DNA of 64,000 nt, from positions 32,001-96,000 of the IMG/VR virus record IMGVR_UViG_3300045391_000822, one strand, 5' to 3'. This document shows, piece by piece, positions 9,849 to 18,694 of this stretch. Both the position numbers and the translations under genes were made by a program. The DNA comes from a virus. The notes beneath the pieces were generated by a model. It was given only the letters and a program-made list of their open reading frames with translations, was not told the origin of the DNA and made no database searches. Within the stretch, counting starts at the first letter, position 1, and each line of letters opens with the position of its first letter.

Positions 9849-11519
9849 ATGTTGATAACCGCTTCCATCCTCGCCAATCTGCTTGAAGTTCTGTACGTTC
9901 TTGTCATCGATTGGAAGGAGTCCGGTGAAGGTAAAGCTCAAAGCGATACAGCTTCCGAGCTTAAACAGTTGGCTCCACGTGCTCTACGTAATTGGAAGCG
10001 TGCCCTTCCTGCACTAGAGCCTGCGCTACAATCCGCGATCTCTGGACAGAACAAGGTTGAATCCTTGGTAAGCCTAGGGCAAGAACTGAAGGATCAGTTT
10101 CCGCTCTTCCGTAAGAATCACGACTTCACTGCACAAGAACTTGAAGTAATGAATGCGCTTGGTGCGTATATGCGTACCGATAGCGAAAATGCACTGAAGA
10201 AGTTGGTCAAGCTCGCTGGTATAACCCAATCGGTTTGGGTTGCCCAGAAACTTCGCCCGGATGTAGGATCACAAGGACAATCGGAAGGCGCACTCCGTAA
10301 GCTGGTCAAGAAAATGGCTGGTCGTGATGACGTGTGCCTTACCTTGGAGGAATCCAAGGTTGCTAGGGAAACATATCCTGACGAATACAAGGAATACCTG
10401 CAGTTGAGTCGCGCATTTAACCAAGTGTGGAAAGACTCCTTGGTTAACTTTGTTCGCCAATCAAAGAAACGCTTGGTGCCCTATCAAGACGTGTTGGACT
10501 TCATGAAGTCCAACGGTATTCATAACAAGCTTCCTTTGGGCTTCACTGGTCTTATTGACGATCAAGGCAAACTGTACACACGAGACGGCAAAGCTGTTGA
10601 TGGTGTACCAAATGCAATGACGTCGCCTACCGTCAAGATGAATACCAAGTATGGTCCTGAATCACCATGGGTGTTCATGGCGGTTAAGGCTGATGGTTCA
10701 GCTCCAACGTATTTCTACACTGCGGATTTCAAAAAGAGCCAAGCCAAATCGAAGTTCACCAAGGTAAAGGATTTGACTGCACGTATTCCTCAGATGCGTG
10801 CCAAGTGGTTCATGAATGTGAAGAAGTTCAACCAAGCCAGCGTTACCTGCGTGGCATCGGTAATCCTGGAGCTCCTTTACCAGTATAGTGCCCGTGTTGG
10901 AACCACTGGCAATTCAACCTACGGTTGTGGAACGTTGTTGGTTAAACATCTAAAGAAAGAACCAACTGGTGACTACACGATTCGTTATCTAGGAAAGGAT
11001 TCGGTGCCAACCAAACATGTGGTGCGTGCATCAGACCCTGAGCAACGTTTCATTGTTGCTGCCTTAGATCAGTTGGTGGCGAATAAAGGTCCGAAAGAAA
11101 AGGTGTTCACTTCGGTGTCCCAAACTGGACGCCCGAAGTTGGTTGGACCCGTGGCTGTGAACAAGTTGTTCAAGGAATTGGCAGGTACTGCGGAAATTAC
11201 GGTACACAAACTCCGTACGTACCGTGGTACAAAGTTGTTCCAAGAACTTTCTGAGGAAATCATTCCGCGCCTTCAACCAAAGGTTGAGAAATTGGCTGCA
11301 AAGAATCCACGTCTTGCAGAGAAGCTGGTGTTGGATGAATTTCGGTCTATTGCTGAGAAAGTTGGGAAGTTGCTGAATCACGTCCGTCGTGGAGCAGCAG
11401 GTTCAAAAGTTACTGGCGTAACGGCGATCGCCAATTACATCGATCCTCAATGTTCGATAACCTTTTTCCGCAACTTAGATACTCGCCCTCCCAAGATGTT
11501 GGAAAAGTTTGATGTGTGA
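9849..11519 (+). CDS. type IB DNA topoisomerase with a long N-terminal extension
   Basis: Catalytic pentad in order: SARVG (R), YLGKD (K), HKLRTY (R), LNH (H), ANYIDP (Y); TYGCGTL motif; RBS AGGAG. Confidence 0.88.
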   Translation: MLITASILANLLEVLYVLVIDWKESGEGKAQSDTASELKQLAPRALRNWKRALPALEPALQSAISGQNKVESLVSLGQELKDQFPLFRKNHDFTAQELEVMNALGAYMRTDSENALKKLVKLAGITQSVWVAQKLRPDVGSQGQSEGALRKLVKKMAGRDDVCLTLEESKVARETYPDEYKEYLQLSRAFNQVWKDSLVNFVRQSKKRLVPYQDVLDFMKSNGIHNKLPLGFTGLIDDQGKLYTRDGKAVDGVPNAMTSPTVKMNTKYGPESPWVFMAVKADGSAPTYFYTADFKKSQAKSKFTKVKDLTARIPQMRAKWFMNVKKFNQASVTCVASVILELLYQYSARVGTTGNSTYGCGTLLVKHLKKEPTGDYTIRYLGKDSVPTKHVVRASDPEQRFIVAALDQLVANKGPKEKVFTSVSQTGRPKLVGPVAVNKLFKELAGTAEITVHKLRTYRGTKLFQELSEEIIPRLQPKVEKLAAKNPRLAEKLVLDEFRSIAEKVGKLLNHVRRGAAGSKVTGVTAIANYIDPQCSITFFRNLDTRPPKMLEKFDV

Positions 11520-13012
11520 TACCAAGAAAGGAATGATTCCGGATGAATGCGAGCTATACACAATCATCCGGAGTTTTGGGTACGCTACCAGTGGCCAAAG
11601 CGAGGAAATTGCTGAAGCTATCCGAGAAGAGTTAGAAGCACGCGGATTTGAAGCTGGTAGCGTTTATCGAAAGGATCGGAACGAATGACAGTAGTCCTTG
11701 CAGGTAAATCTGCGGTAGCCGCATCAATTCTGGATAGACTGTATCCACACCAGAAAAAGATTTTGCTGAGCCTCCAGGATTTCGCCAAGGGTAGAGACAG
11801 ATTCTTAATCAGCTATCCTAGACTACCTGGTAGGAATACAATTCTCAATATCATTCGCAACGAGCTTCCTTACGATGAGCAAATCAGAGATACCTGGGCG
11901 TCCTACACCGACACCCAAGAAGGTGAACAGGTTAAAATTCCCGGGGCACGCAGAACTAGGCTTCGCAGGTCCCTGTTCGCAATGTGGTCGGAGTCCAGGT
12001 TACGACCAGGCCTTGGATGAATACGATCCAGATTTTATATATCCTGCCACCAGAACCGGACATTCGTTAGCGTTGAAACACGCAGTCTGTTCTGAAACGT
12101 GGGGTGGATGCGGGCACGTGGTAGTAGCACTCTCGTATCAATCATGTGTCGATCTGTGGAACAATCCTACACCAGATATGGCGTATACCTATCTACCTGG
12201 TATGGAAAAATTGATAGCAGACTATGTGGTTGCCAGTCGTAAATGGTGGGATGAGTTTCAGCGCACTGGTGATGCACTTCATGCACCTCAACCACGAGAC
12301 TGGTCGTACAACGTTGATATGTTTCTACAAGAAAGGTTACCAAGACGAGGTAGAAAATGAATGAATGGAAAGAAGCCGCTAATTACCGTCGTGATGTCCG
12401 ACACGGACTCCTGAATGCTCAGGACGAGACGTTGCGTCTGCCAAAAGGCAAGAAGCATGAGAAGGATTGCATTGAAGTTCATTATCGTCATGTGTTCTAT
12501 GACGGTAAGGGCTGGTTGCAGAAGACGAAATTTCCTTCTCGTAAGAAAGCGGTAGAGTTTATGAATCGGATGAACCAGTTGGAAGCCAACAAGCAAATCC
12601 TGCGTGGTGCTCATCCTGCTGATGTGGTAAAGCCTTATTTCATTGCAGACGATGCCGCCAATGATGAGCAATCCCGAAAAGCCGCGTAATCGCATATTTC
12701 TCCATCCCGGACCTGTTACCAGTAAGGTAGATGGAGACCGCCACTACGTGGATGCCGCAGCACTCAGTTATCTCTACAGCGTACCGCTCAAAGCGTGCAA
12801 TGTTGTGCTATCTGATCTGCCTGCTTGGTGGATCCAGAGGATGCGTCGTCAGGATTCAGGCTTTGAACATTTTCTGCCTGTTGGTGTATTCCCCCAAGAG
12901 GGTGATGTTCATCTGTACCCTAGATATGATGGTAAGTATTTTCCGATTGTAGAAAATTTACCAGCATAGCGCGGTTAGTAAATAAAGAATAAGATCAACA
13001 AGGAGTATCATT

Positions 13013-13510
13013 GTGGCTACTGGTTTTCTTCGCGCTTTCAGCACCCCTTACCGAGAACGCACTTTTGCCAATCGTGCTCTTGCTCAAATCCGATCAAGCC
13101 GGTCTACAGGACAAGGTGCAGGCATCCTATTCTACGCTACCGATACGGAAAGGTTCCTCTTAGGTAAGAGAGCTCCTGGATGTGAGCAGCCTGGTACTTG
13201 GGCAAATTTCGGTGGTGGCGTGGAGTATGGGGAATCATTGGAGGAGGGTGCAAAGCGTGAAGTTTGGGAAGAAGCAGGTTTCCGGGGCCCAGTTGAATTG
13301 TGTACCTTGTATGTGAGTAAGCAACCAGGCTTCACCTATACCAACTTCCTAGGAACAGTAGCCAAGGAATTTACGCCTGTATTGAATGACGAGCACACGG
13401 AATTTCGTTGGATTGAACTTGGGGAATTTCCTGAGGAGTTACATCCAAAGTTTGCTGACGCTCTTCAATCGCCGGAAGCACGGAAGATTTTCCAGTCGCT
13501 TGGTATGTAA
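13013..13510 (+). CDS. Nudix hydrolase
   Basis: Nudix box GGGVEYGESLEEGAKREVWEEAG; LNDEH..FRW; RBS AAGGAG. Confidence 0.92.
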   Translation: MATGFLRAFSTPYRERTFANRALAQIRSSRSTGQGAGILFYATDTERFLLGKRAPGCEQPGTWANFGGGVEYGESLEEGAKREVWEEAGFRGPVELCTLYVSKQPGFTYTNFLGTVAKEFTPVLNDEHTEFRWIELGEFPEELHPKFADALQSPEARKIFQSLGM

Positions 13511-13584
13511 ACCAGATTCTGTAAATATCAACGTAAGTTCAACAGGCACAATTTTAAAACCTGTAGGAATGCAAATTCCGATTT

Positions 13585-13661
13585 CGGAGTGTAGCGCAGC
13601 CTGGTAGCGCATCTGCTTTGGGAGCAGAGGGTCCAAGGTTCGAATCCTTGTACTCCGACCA
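13585..13661 (+). tRNA. tRNA-Pro(UGG)
   Basis: Full cloverleaf, anticodon loop TTTGGGA, 3' CCA. Confidence 0.95.
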
Positions 13662-13684
13662 TCATTTTCCTTTTCGAGAACATC

Positions 13685-13930
13685 ATGTCCAATAATCTGT
13701 CCAATCAAGAAATTCAGGATCGCGTAGTTGAAACGATCGAGAATTATTGTGGTATCAAACCTGAGTTGAGCCATAGTCTGGAAGACCTAGGGTTGGATTC
13801 ACTTGACGAGCTCGAACTTGTTATGGAACTCGAAGACGAATTCGAGTTTGAGATTCCTGATGAAGACGCGTCGAATTTCAAGACCGTTGATCAGGTGGTG
13901 ATTTATATCACCGAGAAGCTTTCCGCCTAG
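13685..13930 (+). CDS. acpP: acyl carrier protein
   Basis: [33 protein letters not shown] contains the phosphopantetheine Ser motif. Confidence 0.9.
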   Translation: MSNNLSNQEIQDRVVETIENYCGIKPELSHSLEDLGLDSLDELELVMELEDEFEFEIPDEDASNFKTVDQVVIYITEKLSA

Positions 13931-13963
13931 CGGAGCTACTGGAACGTAGTTTCGCTAAGGTAA

Positions 13964-14040
13964 GGGTGAGTATTTCAATTGGCAGAATGTCGGTCTCCAA
14001 AACCGTACGGTTGTAGGTTCGAATCCTACCTTGCCCGCCA
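13964..14040 (+). tRNA. tRNA-Trp(CCA)
   Basis: Cloverleaf, loop CTCCAAA, CCA end. Confidence 0.93.
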
Positions 14041-14050
14041 ATACCTTATA

Positions 14051-14137
14051 TAGCGAATACGTTCCGATTCGTAAGAGTCGGTTTGGTGCACCGCACCCGT
14101 ATACCCGATACAAATGATTCCAAGAATGTATTCGCTA
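14051..14137 (+). ncRNA. orphan structured RNA closed by a 14-bp stem
   Basis: TAGCGAATACGTTC pairs with GAATGTATTCGCTA; internal CCGATTC-GTAA-GAGTCGG hairpin. Confidence 0.55.
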
Positions 14138-14151
14138 GTTTCGATTTCAAG

Positions 14152-14235
14152 AGTTGTGCTGTAGCTCAGAGGCCGAGTAGCCTTACCATCAAATCGACGT
14201 AAGGCCGACGTGGGTTCGATTCCCACCAGCACTCC
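14152..14235 (+). tRNA. atypical tRNA-like RNA (7-bp anticodon stem, 12-nt loop, no CCA)
   Basis: Canonical T arm GTGGG-TTCGATT-CCCAC, a D arm and a GTGCTG/CAGCAC acceptor, but anticodon arm GCCTTAC-CATCAAATCGAC-GTAAGGC. Confidence 0.7.
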
Positions 14236-14237
14236 CT

Positions 14238-14313
14238 AGCACCTTAGCTCAGTCGGTAGAGCAGCGGCTCGATAAGCCGTAGGTCGTAGGTTCGAACCCT
14301 ACAGGTACTACCA
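14238..14313 (+). tRNA. tRNA-Ile(GAU)
   Basis: Cloverleaf, loop TCGATAA (C33), CCA. Confidence 0.9.
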
Positions 14314-14560
14314 TCATCTTCAAGGTTACTCATGACAATGGTTACCACAGGATGTTTCGTTGCCGTTATCATAGTTTGCTTAACGTGTACGTTCATCCTA
14401 TACCAGTTAGTTGGAATTTTTACCAAACCCAATAATCCTATTGATTCGTTTACCGCGTTGATAGCGAGACTTGGTATGGCACTGTGTTTAATCGCTGCTG
14501 CGATTTCAGCCATCGCTTTGATTTCACAGTTCACAGTTTGAGCTGGTAGTTGTTTCATGT

Positions 14561-14636
14561 TGGCTAGTAGCTCAGTTGGTAGAGCGGCGCACTGTTAATG
14601 CGTTGGTCGCTGGTTCGATCCCAGCCTAGCCAGCCA
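14561..14636 (+). tRNA. tRNA-Asn(GUU)
   Basis: Cloverleaf, loop CTGTTAA, CCA. Confidence 0.95.
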
Positions 14637-14671
14637 AGATTAACCCACTCCGCGTCAGCGGGAAGGGCTTT

Positions 14672-15007
14672 ATGAGTTCCGTAGTTTTGTACATCTCGGC
14701 AATCATTGCAGCGTTTCTGTCTGCGTTTCTAGCTGGATTCCAAGGCGTTAATCTCGCCTGGGGCAACCGTAAGTTGGCAATAGTCACCGGTGGCCTAATG
14801 ACTCTAGCAGAAGGATCAATAATTTGGTTCATAGGTAAAGGCGGACTAGGCGTTGTGCTTGTTGCTGCTCTTGGGGCAGCAGCCGGTTATGGTGTAGCTA
14901 TGTATGCTCATGATTGGTTGATTGAAAAACCCGAGGAACTCTCCAAGTCAAAAGTGAAGGCGATGATTAAACGCCAGATCGAGAAACACTTAGAGAAAGA
15001 TAAGTAA
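14672..15007 (+). CDS. membrane protein, hypothetical
   Basis: Three hydrophobic segments and a basic C-terminal tail. Confidence 0.6.
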   Translation: MSSVVLYISAIIAAFLSAFLAGFQGVNLAWGNRKLAIVTGGLMTLAEGSIIWFIGKGGLGVVLVAALGAAAGYGVAMYAHDWLIEKPEELSKSKVKAMIKRQIEKHLEKDK

Positions 15008-15012
15008 GTCCT

Positions 15013-15090
15013 GGACATGTAACTCAGTCTGGTAAGAGTGCTGGCCTGAAAGCCCAGATGTCGTTCGTTCAAATCGAACCGTGTCCACCA
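15013..15090 (+). tRNA. tRNA-Phe(GAA)
   Basis: Cloverleaf, loop CTGAAAG, C:C mismatch at 31:39, CCA. Confidence 0.88.
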
Positions 15091-15113
15091 GTTTTAAACA
15101 GAGTACGTTCTGT

Positions 15114-15195
15114 GGATCCATCGCATAATGGTATTGCAGTGGATTGTAAATCCGCCACCCTTTGGGTATTGTTGGTTCGAGTCCAGCTGGATCCA
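15114..15195 (+). tRNA. tRNA-Tyr(GUA), no encoded CCA
   Basis: Loop TTGTAAA, long variable arm; acceptor stem continued by a 16-bp flanking inverted repeat. Confidence 0.9.
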
Positions 15196-15220
15196 CAGAA
15201 CGTATTCTGTAAATGTTTGA

Positions 15221-15296
15221 TGCGGGGTAGCTCAGTTGGTAGAGCGGAGGTTTCATACGCCTCTTGTCGTGGGTTCGAGTCCCACTCCCGCTACCA
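15221..15296 (+). tRNA. tRNA-Met(CAU), initiator-like 1:72 mismatch
   Basis: Loop TTCATAC, U1:U72 mismatch, CCA. Confidence 0.88.
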
Positions 15297-15311
15297 GTTA
15301 ATCGAGTTTGA

Positions 15312-15388
15312 TGGGGTGTAGCGCAGCCTGGTAGCGAAACGGATTTTGATTCCGTTGGTCGTTGGTTCAAATCCAACCACCCTAGCCA
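15312..15388 (+). tRNA. tRNA-Gln(UUG)
   Basis: Loop TTTTGAT, U1-A72, CCA. Confidence 0.93.
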
Positions 15389-15480
15389 ACTTCTAGTCAT
15401 TGTTTCCTATCCTGTACGTTTGTTCCATGGTGTATCCGTGAGAACTTCTTAAACAGTGTTTTAATCCTTAGGAGAAAGAA

Positions 15481-15618
15481 ATGAATGACATAGAAGAGCA
15501 AGACGATCCTTTCGGCTTTGGAAAGGCCATTAAAGAAATGATCGAGCGAGGTGAAGTTGATGAGCTTCTAATTCCGGATGTTCTTCCGGAAGACGAGGAG
15601 AATATCGACAAGACCTAA
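15481..15618 (+). CDS. small acidic hypothetical protein (45 aa)
   Basis: RBS AGGAG, MNDIEEQDDPFGFGKAIKEMIERGEVD...; below the length cutoff of the ORF track. Confidence 0.55.
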   Translation: MNDIEEQDDPFGFGKAIKEMIERGEVDELLIPDVLPEDEENIDKT

Positions 15619-15626
15619 TTAAGGTA

Positions 15627-15700
15627 GCGAGCTTGGTATAGTGACTGTGCCTCGGCCTTCCAAGCCGGTGAGACGGGTTTGATCCCCGTAGCTCGCTCCA
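15627..15700 (+). tRNA. tRNA-Gly(UCC)
   Basis: GCGAGCT/AGCTCGC acceptor, loop CTTCCAA, U73, CCA. Confidence 0.9.
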
Positions 15701-15750
15701 GCAACCTAGACAAGGAGAATGTCATGTTATCTTGAATTTAACAGGAGATC

Positions 15751-15927
15751 ATGATGTTTCACAAGAAACGCTTTTTCGCGAAGTATGCTGGTTTCGACGT
15801 TGGCCTTGGTGGCATAAGGTGCCCTTGCTGCGCTCCACCTCCTAAGAAAAGGAAGAAGCTGTTCAGGAGTGGGCGTAAACAATTGAACCGAGCGGTCTTT
15901 AAGATTGAGCGTGAACAAGAAGAGTAA
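15751..15927 (+). CDS. small basic Cys-containing protein (58 aa)
   Basis: RBS AGGAG; MMFHKKRFFAKYAGFDVGLGGIRCPCCAPPPKKRKKLFRSGRK... Confidence 0.6.
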   Translation: MMFHKKRFFAKYAGFDVGLGGIRCPCCAPPPKKRKKLFRSGRKQLNRAVFKIEREQEE

Positions 15928-15934
15928 ATGGTTT

Positions 15935-16018
15935 GCAGACGTGGCGTAATTGGTAGCCGCGCAAGCCCGAGGAGCTTGTGACTCAGTCGTGTGGGTTCGA
16001 GTCCCACCGTCTGCACCA
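15935..16018 (+). tRNA. tRNA-Leu(GAG)
   Basis: Loop CCGAGGA (C33), variable arm, CCA. Confidence 0.9.
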
Positions 16019-16041
16019 ACCCAATGTATCAAAGAAGTACC

Positions 16042-16118
16042 AGGAGTATAGCTCAACTGGTTAGAGCAATCCCCTTTTAAGGGATAGGTTCTGGATTCGA
16101 GTTCCAGTACTCCTACCA
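16042..16118 (+). tRNA. tRNA-Lys(UUU)
   Basis: Loop CTTTTAA, CCA. Confidence 0.93.
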
Positions 16119-16125
16119 AACATAC

Positions 16126-16210
16126 GCGGGCATGGCGAAATTGGTAACCGCACCAGGTTTAGGTCCTGACGCCTTTAGGCTTTCCGGTTCGAGTCCGGAT
16201 GCCCGTACCA
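16126..16210 (+). tRNA. tRNA-Leu(UAG)
   Basis: Loop TTTAGGT, variable arm, CCA. Confidence 0.93.
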
Positions 16211-16227
16211 ACACTATTAGTTCAAGA

Positions 16228-17015
16228 CCCCGGGTGATGAAATGGGTAGACGTAGGAGACTTTAACTTATTGAGCACCACCGAAAAATGATTGGTAGTCA
16301 GTCTGCGACACAGAGATAGTGCTTAACGGCATAAAGCGAAAGCTTCAGATAATCTGACTCCGATGGTAAGACGTACGCGCAGAGGCGTAACATTCAATCG
16401 AAAGACGGTAAAACAGTTGTTGGCTTCTTTGCTTGGAATAACACCCACCTACGAACAACGAACGCCGGAATGATTAAGTTAAATCTTAATTGGGACGGAA
16501 CTAAGCGTAGGCCGGTGCCAGGTTAACAGCAATGATTGGGTGAATGGAATCAAAGTCGGCGAATGCTTTATGGTAATGAGACAAGCGAAGGCCAGCATCT
16601 TAAGATGCAAGAGTGCAGACCTTGTAAATTCCTGCTAACGCCGAGCCAAGCCTGAGAAAGTCGGGTTCAAAGTCCGAGGCCCTGTAAGAGGGATATAGCA
16701 TAGATGGAAATGCGCTCAGGAAGGTGTAGAGACTAAACGGTTCCCTCCTAAGATAGGCGACTAGCTCCATGTGTTACGGAGCTACCGCGGTAATTCCGGT
16801 AGGCCTAATTAAATCCTGCCTTATTACGGAGAAGACATAGTCCAGACCATCAAACTTTTATGGCGCCATAGGTCGAAAGCGGCAAATTTGTCGCCTGTTA
16901 AAACGGCGTCTTAGCGTTGGTTTATCTAGACCAACGGAGAAGGTAGCGAAAGCTATAGTGGTACGAAAATCTCCCGCCTTAGGGCGTACCGGTTCGAGTC
17001 CGGTCCCGGGGACCA
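16228..17015 (+). tRNA. trnL: tRNA-Leu(UAA) interrupted by a group I intron (exon 1 16228-16262, exon 2 16966-17015)
   Basis: Joining the exons gives acceptor CCCCGGG/CCCGGGG, anticodon arm GGAGA-CTT|AAAA-TCTCC, a variable arm, a T arm and ACCA. Confidence 0.92.
16263..16965 (+). mobile_element. group I intron (IC3/trnL-like), 703 nt, no ORF
   Basis: U before the 5' splice site and terminal G; Q-like AACGCCGAGCCAAG, R GTAGAGACTA and S GAAGACATAGTCC (P7 GACTA/TAGTC); starts TAACTTATTGAGC, like trnL introns. Confidence 0.9.
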
Positions 17016-17294
17016 TTCATTAAGACGAAGCGTAGATGAAAAACATAGCAGGCAATATCTTGTCGATGTTAATTTCGTTGTTTGCGACCATTAATGCATT
17101 CAGTCAAGGTAACTTGATAGGGATAATTCTTGGTGCGGCTGCGTCGGCATGGAACATCCGTATGATGTTCACACTGCATAATATTCGAGGAATAAATATG
17201 AAGTTTGCACGAATCAATAAAGGTGGCATCCCTATGATGCCGCATTGGATAATGGTCGGCACCCGCTCGACACCAATGCGGCGGGGAGCTACCG

Positions 17295-17561
17295 ATGCGA
17301 AAAACCAATCGCAGTATACGCCGCAAGGAAAGAGCGCGCCTCAAGAAGGTTCGCAAACACTACTGGTGGGGAGCCAGCGTTGACGGACCTTTGACTGGTA
17401 AGTACCTAGGTATGGCAGTGAACACCTCTACACCGTGTTCCTGCTGGATGTGTTGTAACCCTCGGAAGAGCTGGGTGGACGATACACCTAAAGGTATGAC
17501 CGTAAAAGAAGTATCCGATAATGAACTGGCGGACCTCATGGAAACGGAGTACGTTAAGTGA
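17295..17561 (+). CDS. small basic protein with a CxCxxCCNPR motif
   Basis: RBS GGGGAG, Arg/Lys-rich N-terminus, TPCSCWMCCNPRK. Confidence 0.7.
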   Translation: MRKTNRSIRRKERARLKKVRKHYWWGASVDGPLTGKYLGMAVNTSTPCSCWMCCNPRKSWVDDTPKGMTVKEVSDNELADLMETEYVK

Positions 17562-17893
17562 CTCAACCTATTCAGTTGACTAGTGCCAATTTCGTAGAAA
17601 CGGTAGATCAGAACACCAAATTGATTGTTCGATTTACTGCACCGTGGTGTGGTCCGTGCAAGACGTTTGCTCCTGTATTTGATAAGGCTGCAGAAGAAAC
17701 GTCTGGTATGACATTTGCTGTATTGGACGTAGACGACAACCAGGATATCGCTACCGAATTCGGTATTCGTGGTGTTCCGTCCGTAGTGTTTTTCAAGGAT
17801 GGTGAGGTAGCTTACCGAATGATGGGTGCTATGACACCAACGCAGTTTCAAACAGGTATCGAAAAAGCCTTTGCTCCGAAATCGGTTTCGTAA
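17558..17893 (+). CDS. trxA: thioredoxin
   Basis: WCGPC active site, GIRGVP cis-Pro, FKDG. Confidence 0.95.
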   Translation: MTQPIQLTSANFVETVDQNTKLIVRFTAPWCGPCKTFAPVFDKAAEETSGMTFAVLDVDDNQDIATEFGIRGVPSVVFFKDGEVAYRMMGAMTPTQFQTGIEKAFAPKSVS

Positions 17894-18195
17894 ATACTGG
17901 TTGCAAGCAAAGGAGATGATAATGCGTAAGAACCTGATACGTGCTTTCTATCGAAACTTGACTGGACTGTCCGATCAAGAGTTGGATCAAGCTTTTACAG
18001 TGGAATATTTCCTGACTCGCAGCAAGTTCCGTGCTATGTGGAACATGCTGAAATGGAATAAGGAAGTGATCCAAGGAATGGCCGCTACCTTTAAATTCTG
18101 AGGTAGTGTTTGTAAGTGAATGCGAGGCACCAGAAGCCACTGGTAGCAGTAGGTGGACGGAAGTGCGTTAGTGCTGGTGGGTAAGCCACCACAAT

Positions 18196-18283
18196 GGGTG
18201 AATGGCTGAGAGGTCTAAGGCGGCAGTCTTGAAAACTGATGAGTGTAAAAGCTCCGTGGGTTCGAATCCTACTTCACCCGCCA
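18196..18283 (+). tRNA. tRNA-Ser(UGA)
   Basis: Loop CTTGAAA, long variable arm, G73, CCA. Confidence 0.93.
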
Positions 18284-18297
18284 TTGCAAATGATTAC

Positions 18298-18376
18298 GTC
18301 GAGGTCCAGTTGGGGACAGGATGCCGCTGATCACGGCCGATCAACCTGGTGGGTTCGAACCCCACACTCGACTCCA
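18298..18376 (+). tRNA. atypical tRNA with GAU anticodon (pseudo-tRNA-like)
   Basis: GTCGAG/CTCGAC acceptor, GCCG-CTGATCA-CGGC, good T arm and CCA; irregular D and variable regions. Confidence 0.65.
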
Positions 18377-18587
18377 ACATTCAAACGTTTTCGTTGGTGT
18401 TTATCTCCTTGGTACGAGCTGCGATACCAACGAAATTGTACCGAGCAGGTGTAGGTTTAACGACCGCTTCTACTTGGGCTACTACGTTGCCTATGAGCTT
18501 CCATAGTGCGCCTGTCTGCTGGAATGACGACAACGTAGCAGTTAGGGACAGGACCAAAGCGGACTTCGGGTCCGGAGAATGCTTTGG

Positions 18588-18662
18588 GGTGATAGTAGCT
18601 CAATGGTAGAGCCGTGGATTGTGGATCCACTGACGAGAGTTCGATCCTCTTCTATCACCCCA
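18588..18662 (+). tRNA. tRNA-His(GUG) with G-1
   Basis: G-1:C73, loop TTGTGGA, CCA; the flanks extend the acceptor helix. Confidence 0.93.
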
Positions 18663-18694
18663 AAGCGTTTTCAAGTTCCGTAAATAGTTGATAC

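Noticed and set aside
14152-14235. Selenocysteine or opal-suppressor tRNA (TCA in the loop)
   Set aside because: TCA cannot be placed in a 7-nt loop, and the long variable arm and Sec-type D arm are missing.
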